A DNA stretch of 64,000 nucleotides, taken from positions 8,410 to 72,409 of the forward strand of contig DATHAO010000055.1 of the NCBI GenBank assembly GCA_035296625.1, read 5' to 3'. How positions within the stretch are numbered: the stretch's first letter is position 1; each line of letters opens with the position of its first letter. Of this stretch, positions 53,542 to 63,216 are shown piece after piece. The notes under the pieces are model-generated. The model was not told the DNA's origin. It searched no databases and saw only the letters and a list, made by a program, of their open reading frames with translations. This stretch comes from Acidimicrobiales bacterium. GTDB taxonomy: Bacteria; Actinomycetota; Acidimicrobiia; Acidimicrobiales; VFJN01. The position numbers and the translations under genes were made by a program.

Positions 53542-56500
53542 TCACACGCTGCCGACGCGCCCCGCCTGCTCGCCCTCGATGCGACGCATCTGGCTCTTGG
53601 GGAGCACGTGCCACACGTGCTCGGCCATCTCGTCCCAGCGGTCGAGCACCTTGAGCGATCGCGGCGAGGCCGTCAGCTCGGCGTGCCGCTCGACCAGCCA
53701 CCGCACCTCCTGCAGAGCGGCCGCGTCGGGGCGGAACGCGTCGACGAGGTCCGGGTTGAGGCGGGTGGCGAGCCGGTCGAAGCGGTCGTCGAACAGGAAC
53801 GCCTGGCCACCGGTCATCCCGGCGCCCAGGTTCCAGCCGACACGGCCCAGCACGACGACCGTGCCGCCGGTCATGTACTCGCAGCAGTGGTCGCCGGCGG
53901 CCTCCACGACCGCGGTCGCCCCCGAGTTGCGCACGGCGAAGCGCTCACCGGCCGCCCCGGCGATGTACAGCTCGCCGCCGGTGGCGCCGTAGAGGCACGT
54001 GTTGCCGGCGAGCACCGGCACGTCGGAGCCGTCGTTGGCTGGGCGGCGGATCGTCACGATGCCACCGCCCATGCCCTTGCCCACATAGTCGTTGGCCTCG
54101 CCGGTCAGCTCGATCTCGACGCCGTGGGTGAGGAAGGCGGCGAAGCTCTGGCCGGCGGTGCCGGTCAGGCGCACCCGCGCCGTGCCGCGGGGCGGCAGCT
54201 CGCCGTATTCGAGGGCGATGGCCCCCGACAGCGAGGCGCCGATGGCCCGGTCGGCGTTGCCGATCGCGTACGCGAGCTCGATGTCGTCGCCGTCCCACAC
54301 GCGGCGGAAGGCGTCGGCGAGCAGCTGGTCGCCCAGCTCCGCCCGCGGGTCCTGCAGTGCCACCCGCTCGACGAAGCGGCGGGGCCCATCGGTGTCGGCC
54401 GGCGCCTCGAGCAGCGGCGCCAGGTCCATGGCGTCGGCCCGCTCGTTGCCGGTGCGCCGCTGGCGGAGCAGGTCGACGCGGCCGATCGCCTCGTCGAGGC
54501 TGCGCAGGCCCAGCTTGGCGAGGTAGCCGCGCACCTCCTCGGCCACGAACAGGAAGTACGCCGCCACGCCCTCGGGCGTGCCGGTGAAGTTGGCCCGCAG
54601 GTGCGCCCGCTGGGTGGCCACCCCGGGCTTGCAGGTGTCGCGGTGGCAGGCCCGCAGCATGATGCAACCCTCGGCGATCATCGCCGCGGTGCCGAAGCTG
54701 TACTCGTCCGCGCCGAGCAGGGCGCTGACTATGACCTCGCGGCCGGTGAGGAACCCGCCGTCGACCCGGAGGCGCACGCGGCTGCGCAGGCCGTTGTCGA
54801 CCAGCGCCCGCTGGGCGTCGACCAGGCCGAGCTCCCAGGGGAGGCCGGCGTGCTTGATCGACGAGAGGGGGCTGGCGCCAGTGCCGCCGTTCTGGCCGCT
54901 GATGTGGACCACGTCGGCCAGGGCCTTTACGCAGCCGGCGGCGATCGTGCCGATGCCGTCCTCGGAGACGAGCTTCACCGACACCTGGGCGGCGTTGACC
55001 TGCTTGAGGTCGTAGATGAGCTGCGCCAGGTCCTCGATGGAGTAGATGTCGTGGTGGGGCGGCGGCGAGATCAGACCGACGCCGGGCTGGGTGTGGCGCA
55101 GGCGGGCGATCTCGGCCGAGACCTTGTGGCCGGGCAGCTGGCCGCCCTCGCCGGGCTTGGACCCCTGCGCCATCTTGATCTGCAGCTCGTCGGCGTGCGC
55201 GAGGTATTCGGGGGTGACGCCGAAGCGGCCCGAGGCGATCTGCTTGATCTTCGAGTTCTTGTCGTCGCGGCCCTGGCCACGGGTCCTGTACCGGTAGGGG
55301 TCCTCGCCGCCCTCGCCGCAGTTCGACAGGGCCCCGAGCAGGTTCATGGCCTGGGACAGCGTCTCGTGGGCCTCCTTCGACAGAGCGCCGTGCGACATGG
55401 CCCCGGTCGAGAAGCGTTTGGCGATCGTGCTGGCCGGCTCGACCTCGTCGAGCGGGACCGGCGGACCGGCGGGCGCCAGCTCCAGCAGGTCGTGCAGCTC
55501 GATCAGGGGCCGGTCGTTCGCCATCTTGGCGAACGCGTCGTAGCGCTCCGACGACTCTGACCGGATCGCCGACTGCAGCAGGTGGGCCGCGACCATCTCG
55601 CGGGTCTGGCCGTCCGTCGGGGGCTCCTGCACGAGCGTGAGGTCGTTCAGGGCCTGGACCGTGTCCTTGTCCTTGCCGTGGGGCTCACCGCCCTTGCGCA
55701 CCCGGTAGAAGCCAGGCGAGTCGAGGTCGACCCGATCGGCCCAGGCGACCGCGTGGCGGCGGAGAGCGTCCTCGGTCAGCGCCCGCCACCCGATGCCGCC
55801 CACGACGTTTGGCGTCCCGGTGAAGCACAGGTCCACGACCTCGGGCGCGAGGCCGACAACCTCGAAGATCTGGGCGCCGCGGTACGAGTCGACAGTCGAG
55901 ATGCCCATCTTCGAGAGGATCTTCAGCACGCCGGCCTCGACCGCCGCCTGGTAGTTGATCTGCGCCTCGGGGCTGGTGGCCTCGCCCTCGTCGCCCTCGT
56001 CGGCCTCGGAGGCCACGGTCGCCAGCGCGAGGCGCGGGCAGATCGCGTCCGCACCGAAGCCGAGCAGCGCGGCGAAGGTGTGCACGTCGACGACGTCGTC
56101 GGCTACCAGGACCAGCGAGGTGAGCGACCGCAGCCGGCCGACCACGAGCGCCTGGTGCACGGCGCCGGTGGCGAGCAGGGAGGGGATCGGGGCCCGGTCG
56201 GGGCTCGCGTCGCCGGTCTCGAGCACGAGCGTGCCCGCCCCGCCCTCGACGGCGGCCACGGCCTCGTCGCGCAGGCGCTCGATGGCGGTGCGCAGCCCCT
56301 CGGCGCCCTCCGCCACCGGGAACGTCACGTCCAGCGGGATGACCGGCCACGGCGCCCGGTCGGTGAGCGCCAGGTTGTCGACGCCCGCCGGGTACAGGAA
56401 GAACGAGGGCAGCGTCAGCATGCGTGCCGCATCCTCGGTCTCGGACAGCAGCGGCGCCCGGGGGCCGAGCAGCGTGCGCAGGCTCATCACCAGGCGTTCG

Positions 56501-58086
56501 CGCAGCGGGTCGATCGGCGGGTTCGTCACCTGGGCGAAGCGCTGGCGCAGGAAGTGGCCAACCGCCCGGGGTCGGGGCGCCAGGTTGGGCAGCGGCGAGT
56601 CGTCGCCCATCGAGAACGTCGGCTCGTGCGCGCTCTCGGCCATTGGCCGCAGCACCATCGACAGCTCTTCCTTGGTGAACCCGTTCATGGCCTGGCGGGG
56701 GGCCAGGTCCTCGGGGACCTCGAGCGTCGGCGTGCCGGGGTCGAGCCGGTAGAACCCGTCGTCCGCCCAACGGGCGTAGGGGGCGGCGGCCGAGATGCGC
56801 TCCTGGCAGGCGTCGTCGTCGAGCAGCCCCCGGGTGGGGTCGACGAAGAGCATCTGGCCGGGCCCGAGGCGGCCGCGGGTGACCTGGCCATGGCCCGACA
56901 CGTCGATGGCCCCGACCTCGGAGCACACGCCGATGAAGCCGTCGTCGCAGACCTGGTAGCGCAGCGGCCGCAGGCCGTTGCGGTCGAGCCGGGCGCCGAC
57001 GCCGATGCCGTCGGTGAACACGACGCCGGCGGGCCCGTCCCAGGGCTCCATCAGCGCCGAGTGGTAGCGGTAGAAGCCGCGGACGGCGGGGTCGAGGTCG
57101 CTGACGTTCTCCCAGGCCGAGGGCATGACCATCGCCATGACGTGACGGATGTCGCGCCCGGCCCGGGTGAGGACGTCGACCGCGGCGTCGAGCTTGCCCG
57201 AGTCGGAGTCGGCGTCGTCGAGCAGCGGGCGGAACAGCTCCTCGGGGCCGAGGCCGGCCTCCTCGGTGCCGAACGTGGCCCGGCCCCGCATCCGCCGCTC
57301 GTTGCCCCACAGGGCGTTGATCTCGCCGTTGTGGCACAGGGTGCGGAACGGCTGGGCCCGCTCCCACGTCGAGAGCGTGTTCGTCGAGAACCGCTGGTGG
57401 AAGATGGCGAAACTGCCTGCGAACCGGTCGTCGTGCAGATCCAGGAAGAAGTCGGCGACCGCGTCGGCCGGCGACAGGCCCTTGTAGACGAGCGTGCGGA
57501 ACGAGCACGACGCCACGTACGTCCCCGGGGCGTGCTGGTGGATGCGCCTGCGGAACCGCAGGGCGCGGCGCTCGTCGTCGCCGCCGTCGTCCGCGGCCGT
57601 GCGGAACAGCACCTGGGCGAAGCGGGGGGCGGTCTCGCGAGCGAGGTCGCCGAGCGCCGTCGGGTCGGTCGGCGGGTCGCGCCAGTCGACGACGGTCAGG
57701 CCCTCGGCCGTGGCGGCCTCGTCGACGGCCTTGCGGGGGTCGTCGCCCCGCACGAACAGGACGGCGACACCCGTGCGCTCGCCGAAGATCGCCGACGGGA
57801 TCGGCAGCAGGAGGCCCGAGCCGTCGGCGGTGCGGGCGTCGGCGGCGACGGCTCCCCGGTGCTTGACGCAGGCGAGGCCGTGGAGCGCCGCCGTGACGAT
57901 CTCCCGCGACGCTCGGCCCCGGGCATCGGCGACGAAGCCGATGCCACACGCATCTCTCTCGGGGGTCGTGGGGGGGAGCAAGGCGCGCACCTCCTGCCAG
58001 GGCGGCGAGCAAGCTCGCCGTACCGATGTGGTCGTCGCGGTGGGCTGCGAGAGGCTGCCGACGACGCGTCGGCTCGTCCAGCTCAC
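53542..58086 (-). CDS. gltB: Glutamate synthase large subunit
   Basis: The translation has about 1,500 aa. The Ntn-amidotransferase N-terminus is ERDACGIGFVAD. FMN-binding, Fe-S and C-terminal GXGXG domains follow (MAQGSKPGEGGQLPG, CHRDTCKPGVATQ, GGELYIAGAAGERF). The true start is probably internal: a TTG at 57981 lies 8 nt after AGGAGG. Confidence 0.9.
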   Translation of the reverse strand: MSWTSRRVVGSLSQPTATTTSVRRACSPPWQEVRALLPPTTPERDACGIGFVADARGRASREIVTAALHGLACVKHRGAVAADARTADGSGLLLPIPSAIFGERTGVAVLFVRGDDPRKAVDEAATAEGLTVVDWRDPPTDPTALGDLARETAPRFAQVLFRTAADDGGDDERRALRFRRRIHQHAPGTYVASCSFRTLVYKGLSPADAVADFFLDLHDDRFAGSFAIFHQRFSTNTLSTWERAQPFRTLCHNGEINALWGNERRMRGRATFGTEEAGLGPEELFRPLLDDADSDSGKLDAAVDVLTRAGRDIRHVMAMVMPSAWENVSDLDPAVRGFYRYHSALMEPWDGPAGVVFTDGIGVGARLDRNGLRPLRYQVCDDGFIGVCSEVGAIDVSGHGQVTRGRLGPGQMLFVDPTRGLLDDDACQERISAAAPYARWADDGFYRLDPGTPTLEVPEDLAPRQAMNGFTKEELSMVLRPMAESAHEPTFSMGDDSPLPNLAPRPRAVGHFLRQRFAQVTNPPIDPLRERLVMSLRTLLGPRAPLLSETEDAARMLTLPSFFLYPAGVDNLALTDRAPWPVIPLDVTFPVAEGAEGLRTAIERLRDEAVAAVEGGAGTLVLETGDASPDRAPIPSLLATGAVHQALVVGRLRSLTSLVLVADDVVDVHTFAALLGFGADAICPRLALATVASEADEGDEGEATSPEAQINYQAAVEAGVLKILSKMGISTVDSYRGAQIFEVVGLAPEVVDLCFTGTPNVVGGIGWRALTEDALRRHAVAWADRVDLDSPGFYRVRKGGEPHGKDKDTVQALNDLTLVQEPPTDGQTREMVAAHLLQSAIRSESSERYDAFAKMANDRPLIELHDLLELAPAGPPVPLDEVEPASTIAKRFSTGAMSHGALSKEAHETLSQAMNLLGALSNCGEGGEDPYRYRTRGQGRDDKNSKIKQIASGRFGVTPEYLAHADELQIKMAQGSKPGEGGQLPGHKVSAEIARLRHTQPGVGLISPPPHHDIYSIEDLAQLIYDLKQVNAAQVSVKLVSEDGIGTIAAGCVKALADVVHISGQNGGTGASPLSSIKHAGLPWELGLVDAQRALVDNGLRSRVRLRVDGGFLTGREVIVSALLGADEYSFGTAAMIAEGCIMLRACHRDTCKPGVATQRAHLRANFTGTPEGVAAYFLFVAEEVRGYLAKLGLRSLDEAIGRVDLLRQRRTGNERADAMDLAPLLEAPADTDGPRRFVERVALQDPRAELGDQLLADAFRRVWDGDDIELAYAIGNADRAIGASLSGAIALEYGELPPRGTARVRLTGTAGQSFAAFLTHGVEIELTGEANDYVGKGMGGGIVTIRRPANDGSDVPVLAGNTCLYGATGGELYIAGAAGERFAVRNSGATAVVEAAGDHCCEYMTGGTVVVLGRVGWNLGAGMTGGQAFLFDDRFDRLATRLNPDLVDAFRPDAAALQEVRWLVERHAELTASPRSLKVLDRWDEMAEHVWHVLPKSQMRRIEGEQAGRVGSV

Positions 58087-58232
58087 GAGTGGTGATCATC
58101 CGGGGGCGACTTCCGCGACGTTGAGAGAAGCGGGCGCCATTGCCCGGAGCCCCATAGGCGATCGGATCAGGTTAACCCACGACCTGCCCCGAACGGTGAT
58201 CCTTACGCGGCCCTGACCTGCGGCCCGATCCG

Positions 58233-60206
58233 TCAGCGGCGGGGGATCACGAAGACGGCCGCGGGCTCGCCGATCTCGGCCATCTCGGTCACGCGGTCCC
58301 GAACGTCGGCCGGGGCCCGATCCTCGATGGCGATCGCCATCAGCGCCCCATCGACGGCGGGCACCAGGTCGCCGAGGCCGGCGGCGAGGAGGTCGTCGAC
58401 CACGTCGTCGTGCAGCTCGGCGTAGCGTCGCCGGTCGGCGTCGGAGCGCAGGTCGACCTTCGCCACCTCGATCGCCGCCGGGTCGTCCCTCCAGATCGCG
58501 ATGTCGTCGCCGACCGACAGGTGGACCTCGGCGTCCTCGGCGCCCGGGGCCATGACGCGGTGCTCCACCGCGCCGGTGCCGTGGAACTCGGGCACTCCGA
58601 CGTCGAAGCCTTGGCGGTCGAGCTCGAGCAGCAGGCCGAAGCCGGTGGCCCCGATCGCCACGGGGTCGGTCCAGGTGACGAGGTAGCGGGCCTCGCGCCC
58701 GCCGACGCCCGCCTCGTCGGCGGCGAGGGCGCCGACGGTGTCCGGGGCCAGCACGCGCAGCTGATCGGACTGGCCCGCCGCCGGCTCCTCGGCGTCGCGG
58801 GCGTCGAGCGTGAACAGCCCCGTCCACACCGCGACGACGGCGACAAGAGCCCACGACCCGATGCGGGCGGCGCGGCGCGGGTCGGACAGCGGGCCCGGAC
58901 CGGTGCCCCGGGCGGCCAGCGCGGCGCACAGCGTCCACACGGTGGCGACGACGACCAGGATCGCGATGCCCCAGGCCCAGAGCGCCAGGTAGTACCAGAC
59001 CTCGCCGAAGATGCGGCTGGCTGACACGACGCCCAGGACGAGCACGACGGCGACGAGCGCGTGCAGGCGCAGCAGGGCGGCGTGGCGCAACCGCCACGCC
59101 ATCGCCACGGCGCCGAGCCAGACGACGAGCAGGGCCGCGGCGGGCAGGAGCGAGCCGGACGTGGCGATGTCACCGGTGAGCAGGCGCCACAGGTTCAGAT
59201 GCACACCCACCAGCTCCGCCCCGACGCCCAGGCCGACCGACTCCTCGGACGGGTTCCGGAAGCTCTCGACGATCATCGAGGCGTTGCCCGGGTCGTTCGT
59301 GAGCTGGTCGAGCAGGGGCGGCGTCCACAGCAGCAGGCCGAGCAGCAGCGACCCGCCACCCCAGCGCAGCAGTGGCCGCCGGGCCGCGGTGTCGCGCCGG
59401 TGCACGAACGCCCACACGGCGGCGGCCGCCACGGTCAGGCCGGCCACGCCGCCGATGAGGCCCAGGTACGAGACGTGGGTCTGCATGCAGAACGAGCCGG
59501 CGAACACGGCCAAGGGCAGCATCGCTAGGTCGCCGCACAGCACCGACCAGATGGCGAGCAGGAACAGCAGCCACCACAGCACCGGCATGTACGGGTTCCA
59601 CGGCTCGACGAACACGCCGGTGCCGTAGGCGTGGAGCAGCACGGCCAGGGCGGCGCCGAACCCGAGCGCGAGGCGTAGGCCGCCCCGCCGGTGGGCCACG
59701 CCCAGGATGCCGGCCATGGCCACGACGTGCAGCGCCACCGATGCCGCCTGGAGGGCGAACGCCGTGGTGCCGAACAGCTTGTAGAACGGCCACAGCGCCA
59801 GGAAGCTCAGCGGGCCCGGGTGGCTGCCCTGCTCGCCGTAGGCCTGGATGCGCCCGGCCAGCCCGACGAGCGGCGTGTGCCGGCCGCCGACGTCGCGGAC
59901 CCGCAGCTCGGTCTGCGCCAGATCGAGGAGGGGGTACCAGCGCGGGCTGTGCAGCACGGCGACCGCCACCACCAGGGGGACGGCGAGCACGGCCAGCAGC
60001 AGCGCCACGAGCGTCGGCGAGCGTCGTCCCTCGTCGAGGGGCACGGCGCCGGGCAGGGGTGCGCCGCGACCGGGGTCGACGACCTCGGTGCCGCCCGTCC
60101 CGCGACCGCCTCGGCGCTCGCCGGCGGCCGTGGCGGCGCCGGTGCCCGCGGCCGTCGGGCGCGGAGCGGCGGCCGGGGTGCCGGTGCCGGTCTCCGTGTC
60201 GGTCAC
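58233..60206 (-). CDS. Uncharacterised polytopic membrane protein (about 12 TM helices plus a ~200-aa C-terminal soluble domain), possible GT-C-fold glycosyltransferase; paralogue 1
   Basis: 657 aa, counted from the GTG at 60206, which overlaps the upstream stop in a GTGA junction. There are many hydrophobic helices. The first loop, RWYPLLDLAQTELRVRDVG...GSHPGP, is conserved with the neighbouring paralogue. The rest of ORF 58233..61508 is an out-of-frame read through that paralogue. Confidence 0.7.
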   Translation of the reverse strand: MTDTETGTGTPAAAPRPTAAGTGAATAAGERRGGRGTGGTEVVDPGRGAPLPGAVPLDEGRRSPTLVALLLAVLAVPLVVAVAVLHSPRWYPLLDLAQTELRVRDVGGRHTPLVGLAGRIQAYGEQGSHPGPLSFLALWPFYKLFGTTAFALQAASVALHVVAMAGILGVAHRRGGLRLALGFGAALAVLLHAYGTGVFVEPWNPYMPVLWWLLFLLAIWSVLCGDLAMLPLAVFAGSFCMQTHVSYLGLIGGVAGLTVAAAAVWAFVHRRDTAARRPLLRWGGGSLLLGLLLWTPPLLDQLTNDPGNASMIVESFRNPSEESVGLGVGAELVGVHLNLWRLLTGDIATSGSLLPAAALLVVWLGAVAMAWRLRHAALLRLHALVAVVLVLGVVSASRIFGEVWYYLALWAWGIAILVVVATVWTLCAALAARGTGPGPLSDPRRAARIGSWALVAVVAVWTGLFTLDARDAEEPAAGQSDQLRVLAPDTVGALAADEAGVGGREARYLVTWTDPVAIGATGFGLLLELDRQGFDVGVPEFHGTGAVEHRVMAPGAEDAEVHLSVGDDIAIWRDDPAAIEVAKVDLRSDADRRRYAELHDDVVDDLLAAGLGDLVPAVDGALMAIAIEDRAPADVRDRVTEMAEIGEPAAVFVIPRR

Positions 60207-62188
60207 CGCGACACCTCGCCGACGAACACGGCCACCGGCTGCGGGATGGCGTTCAGCCGGTCGAAGACGGCCGCCAGGTCGGCGGGCATGCGCGCGTCGA
60301 TGGCGGCGGCCATGCGGACGCGCTCGAACGTGCCGGCCAGGTCGTGGAGCCCCTCGGCCTCGAGGCGGTCGACGATCTGGCGGTCGATCCGTCGGGTCTC
60401 CGCCTGCTCCGCCTGGGACCGGGGCTCGTAGACCGACACCTGGTCCACGCCGGGCCGCGACCGCCAGGCCGCGATGTCGGCATCGCCCACCGACACGTGG
60501 ACCTCGGCGTCGGCCTCGTCGGCACGCATGGTGCGGTGGGCGCCGACGGCCACGTCGTTGAACGGCTGGTCGTCGGTGCTGACGTCGAAGCCGTGCCGTT
60601 CCAGGTCGAGCAGCAGGCTGAAACCCGGCGAGCCTAGGTCGACCGGGTCGACCCAGGTGACGAGGTAGGTGCCGTCGCGGCCGCCGCCCGGCACGTCGCC
60701 CCGGCCCAGCGCGGCGATCGTGTCCGGCGCCAGCTGTCGCAAGGCGGCGGACACGCGGGGATCGGGATCGTCGGTCCCGGTGGCGTCGGCGATGAACAGC
60801 AGGGCCGGCACCAACGCCAGCACCGTCAACACCGCGGGCCGAACCCACGCCGGCGGTTCGGCGGCGACCGGCGCCGCCGCGGTGGCCTCCTGGTCCTCGG
60901 CCGAGCCCGAGTCCGGCGCCGGCTCGGGCGCCCGGGCCAGGGCGACACCCACGGCCACGACGGCGGTGGCCACCACGGCGCCCAGCGTCAGGGCGATCGT
61001 GCCGCCCAACCAGTACGTGAGGTACGCCCAGGCCACGCCGAAGATGCGGCTGATGGACACCACGGCCAGCACCAGCGCGGCGCCGACGACGGCGTGCAGG
61101 CGCAGCAGCTTGCCGTGCCGCAGCCAGGCGGCCACCGCCACCGCCACGGCCCAGGCCACCAGCAGCGTCACGGCGGGTGCGTTCGTCCTGGCCGGATCGG
61201 CGCCCACGAAGGCCAGGGGGTCGAGGCGCGCCAGGAACAGGTCCCACGCCGGCCGCAGGCCCAGCGGCTCGTCGGCCGGATGCCCGAAGTTCTCGACGAT
61301 GATCGACAGGTTGCCCGGCGAGTTGGCCAGCTGCTGGACGATGGGCGGCAGCCACAGCAGCAGGCCCAGCCCGGCGCTCGCCGCGCCCCAGACGGCGATC
61401 CGGCGCCTCTGCCCGCGTCGCCGTACGGCCACGACCACCAGCCATGCCGCCGTGACGGCCAGCAACCCGCCGACGAGGCCGACGTAGGGCACGTGGGTCT
61501 GTGCGCACAGGCTCCCCGCTACGACCACCACGGCCAGCAGGGGCAGGTCGTCACACAGCACCGACCACACGCCGAGCAGCACGACCGCCCACCACAGCAC
61601 GGGGAAGTGCGGGTTCCAGGGCATGGTGACCAGCTCGGGTCCGTAGTAGCGCAGCAGGAGCCCCATGCCGGCGGCCACGCCCACGGCGCCCTGGGGACCC
61701 CAGCGCCGGTAACCGATCCACACGGCGAGCCCGATGGCCACGACGTCGAGCACCACGCCGGCGGCCTGCATCGACCACGCGCTGCTGCCCAGCAGCCGGT
61801 AGACCGGCGCCATCGAGTAGAAGCTGATGGGGCCCGGGTGGCTGCCCTGCTGGCCGAAGCCGAAGATGCGGCCGCCCAACCCCACGAGCGGCGGGTGGCT
61901 GGACCCCACGTCGCGGATCCGCATCTCGATCTGGGCCATGTCGACCGAGGGGTACCAGCGGGGCGTCCGCTGGATCGCCAGGGAGATGCCTAGCGGCAGC
62001 GCCAGCAGCGTCGTGAGCCCGGCCACGAGCGCCCGGCGGCGCCGGGCCTCGCCGGTGTCGCGCTCGCTGGCGTCCGCCCCCGCGGTGCCGGCGGCCCGGC
62101 CCTCGGCCTCGTCGGCCGACCCGCCGGCGGGGCGGCTGTCGCGATCGACGCTCTCGGCGGCGCCGAGCTGGTCGATCGCGCCGCTCAC
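60203..62188 (-). CDS. Uncharacterised polytopic membrane protein, paralogue 2 of 58233..60206
   Basis: 661 aa. It is collinear with paralogue 1, and roughly half the positions are identical in the stretches I aligned by eye. The GTG start overlaps the upstream SDR stop in a GTGA junction. Confidence 0.7.
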   Translation of the reverse strand: MSGAIDQLGAAESVDRDSRPAGGSADEAEGRAAGTAGADASERDTGEARRRRALVAGLTTLLALPLGISLAIQRTPRWYPSVDMAQIEMRIRDVGSSHPPLVGLGGRIFGFGQQGSHPGPISFYSMAPVYRLLGSSAWSMQAAGVVLDVVAIGLAVWIGYRRWGPQGAVGVAAGMGLLLRYYGPELVTMPWNPHFPVLWWAVVLLGVWSVLCDDLPLLAVVVVAGSLCAQTHVPYVGLVGGLLAVTAAWLVVVAVRRRGQRRRIAVWGAASAGLGLLLWLPPIVQQLANSPGNLSIIVENFGHPADEPLGLRPAWDLFLARLDPLAFVGADPARTNAPAVTLLVAWAVAVAVAAWLRHGKLLRLHAVVGAALVLAVVSISRIFGVAWAYLTYWLGGTIALTLGAVVATAVVAVGVALARAPEPAPDSGSAEDQEATAAAPVAAEPPAWVRPAVLTVLALVPALLFIADATGTDDPDPRVSAALRQLAPDTIAALGRGDVPGGGRDGTYLVTWVDPVDLGSPGFSLLLDLERHGFDVSTDDQPFNDVAVGAHRTMRADEADAEVHVSVGDADIAAWRSRPGVDQVSVYEPRSQAEQAETRRIDRQIVDRLEAEGLHDLAGTFERVRMAAAIDARMPADLAAVFDRLNAIPQPVAVFVGEVSR

Positions 62189-63216
62189 GGCAACCGCTTG
62201 AGCAGCTTCAGCAGGCCGAGCTTGACCGGCGACTGGTGGTGCGACCGGTCACCCGCCCCCAGCGTGGACCGGTTGGCCAGGAACCACTCGTACGATTCGA
62301 TGACCGCGGACGCGTTGGAGTGCCGGGGCTGCCAGCCCAGCTCCTCCTGCGCCTTGGACGTGTCGAACCACAGCGACTCGCCGTAGACCAGCCAGTGGTA
62401 GGGCGCGAAGGGGGCGGCGCCCATCTCGGCCACGGCCCGCATGGCGGCCCGTGCCGGCCCGGTGGGGAGCGAGCGGACCCGTGACCCGGTGCCGGCGTGG
62501 TCGACCAGCGCCTGCAGCGTCTCGCGCATGGTGCCGAACTCCGTGGCGCCGATGTTGTAGGTGGCCGGCTTCTCCCGGTCGGCGGCCCGCAGGGAGGCGT
62601 GGGCCAGGTCGTTGGCGTGGACGAACTGGTAGACGTTGTCGCCCCCGCCCAGCACGTACACGGGCGCGCCCTCGGCCACGAACTCGAACAGCACGGCGAT
62701 GATGCCCAACCGGCCGTGCCCGAGAATCGTTCGGGGCCGCACGATCGACACGTCGAGCCCGGCGTCCGCGGCGTCGCGGCACAGGAACTCGGCCTCGAGC
62801 TTGGCCTTGCCGTAGGCCTCCAGCGGGCGGCCGGGCGTCTCCTCCGTGACCGGGTTCGTCTCCGGGATGCCGAAGATCGCGCTCGACGAGGTGTGCACCA
62901 CCTTGCCGACGCCTGTGTCGCGGGCCGCCAGCAGCACGTTGGCCGTGCCGGTCACGTTGACCGACCAGAACAGCTCGCGATCCTTGGCCAGGGGGACCTG
63001 CGCCACGTTGTTGAGCACGACGTCGATGCCCTCGCAGGCGCTGCGCATGGTGTCGAGGTCCCGCACGTCGCCTGCGACATACTCGAGTTCGTCGGCGCGG
63101 TCGCCCGGCGGGTTGAGGTCGAGGACCCGCACCCGGTCACCACGGTCGAGGGCCAGGCCCGTGAGGATGGACCCGAAGTAGCCGCTCCCGCCGGTGACGA
63201 GGACGGTCCTGGCCAT
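62185..63216 (-). CDS. NAD-dependent epimerase/dehydratase (extended SDR)
   Basis: MARTVLVTGGSGYFGS, with catalytic YGKAKLEAE. The ATG at 63216 shares one nucleotide with the upstream stop (TGATG). Confidence 0.85.
   Translation of the reverse strand: MARTVLVTGGSGYFGSILTGLALDRGDRVRVLDLNPPGDRADELEYVAGDVRDLDTMRSACEGIDVVLNNVAQVPLAKDRELFWSVNVTGTANVLLAARDTGVGKVVHTSSSAIFGIPETNPVTEETPGRPLEAYGKAKLEAEFLCRDAADAGLDVSIVRPRTILGHGRLGIIAVLFEFVAEGAPVYVLGGGDNVYQFVHANDLAHASLRAADREKPATYNIGATEFGTMRETLQALVDHAGTGSRVRSLPTGPARAAMRAVAEMGAAPFAPYHWLVYGESLWFDTSKAQEELGWQPRHSNASAVIESYEWFLANRSTLGAGDRSHHQSPVKLGLLKLLKRLP

Noticed and set aside
55582-58099. Long ORFs at 55582..58095 (+) and 55685..58099 (-) inside gltB.
   Set aside because: These are alternative frames of the gltB region. 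gltB motifs occupy the 53542..58086 frame.
58087-58232. GGATCA-N29-TGATCC inverted repeat and duplicated gcggccc upstream of gltB, considered as a nitrogen-regulator site.
   Set aside because: The arms are short and match no regulator consensus that I can state with confidence.
60207-61508. Upper part of the 1091-aa ORF 58233..61508.
   Set aside because: Upstream of the GTG at 60206 this frame is Arg/Gly-rich and overlaps paralogue 2, which occupies a different frame with clear TM helices. The real gene starts at 60206.
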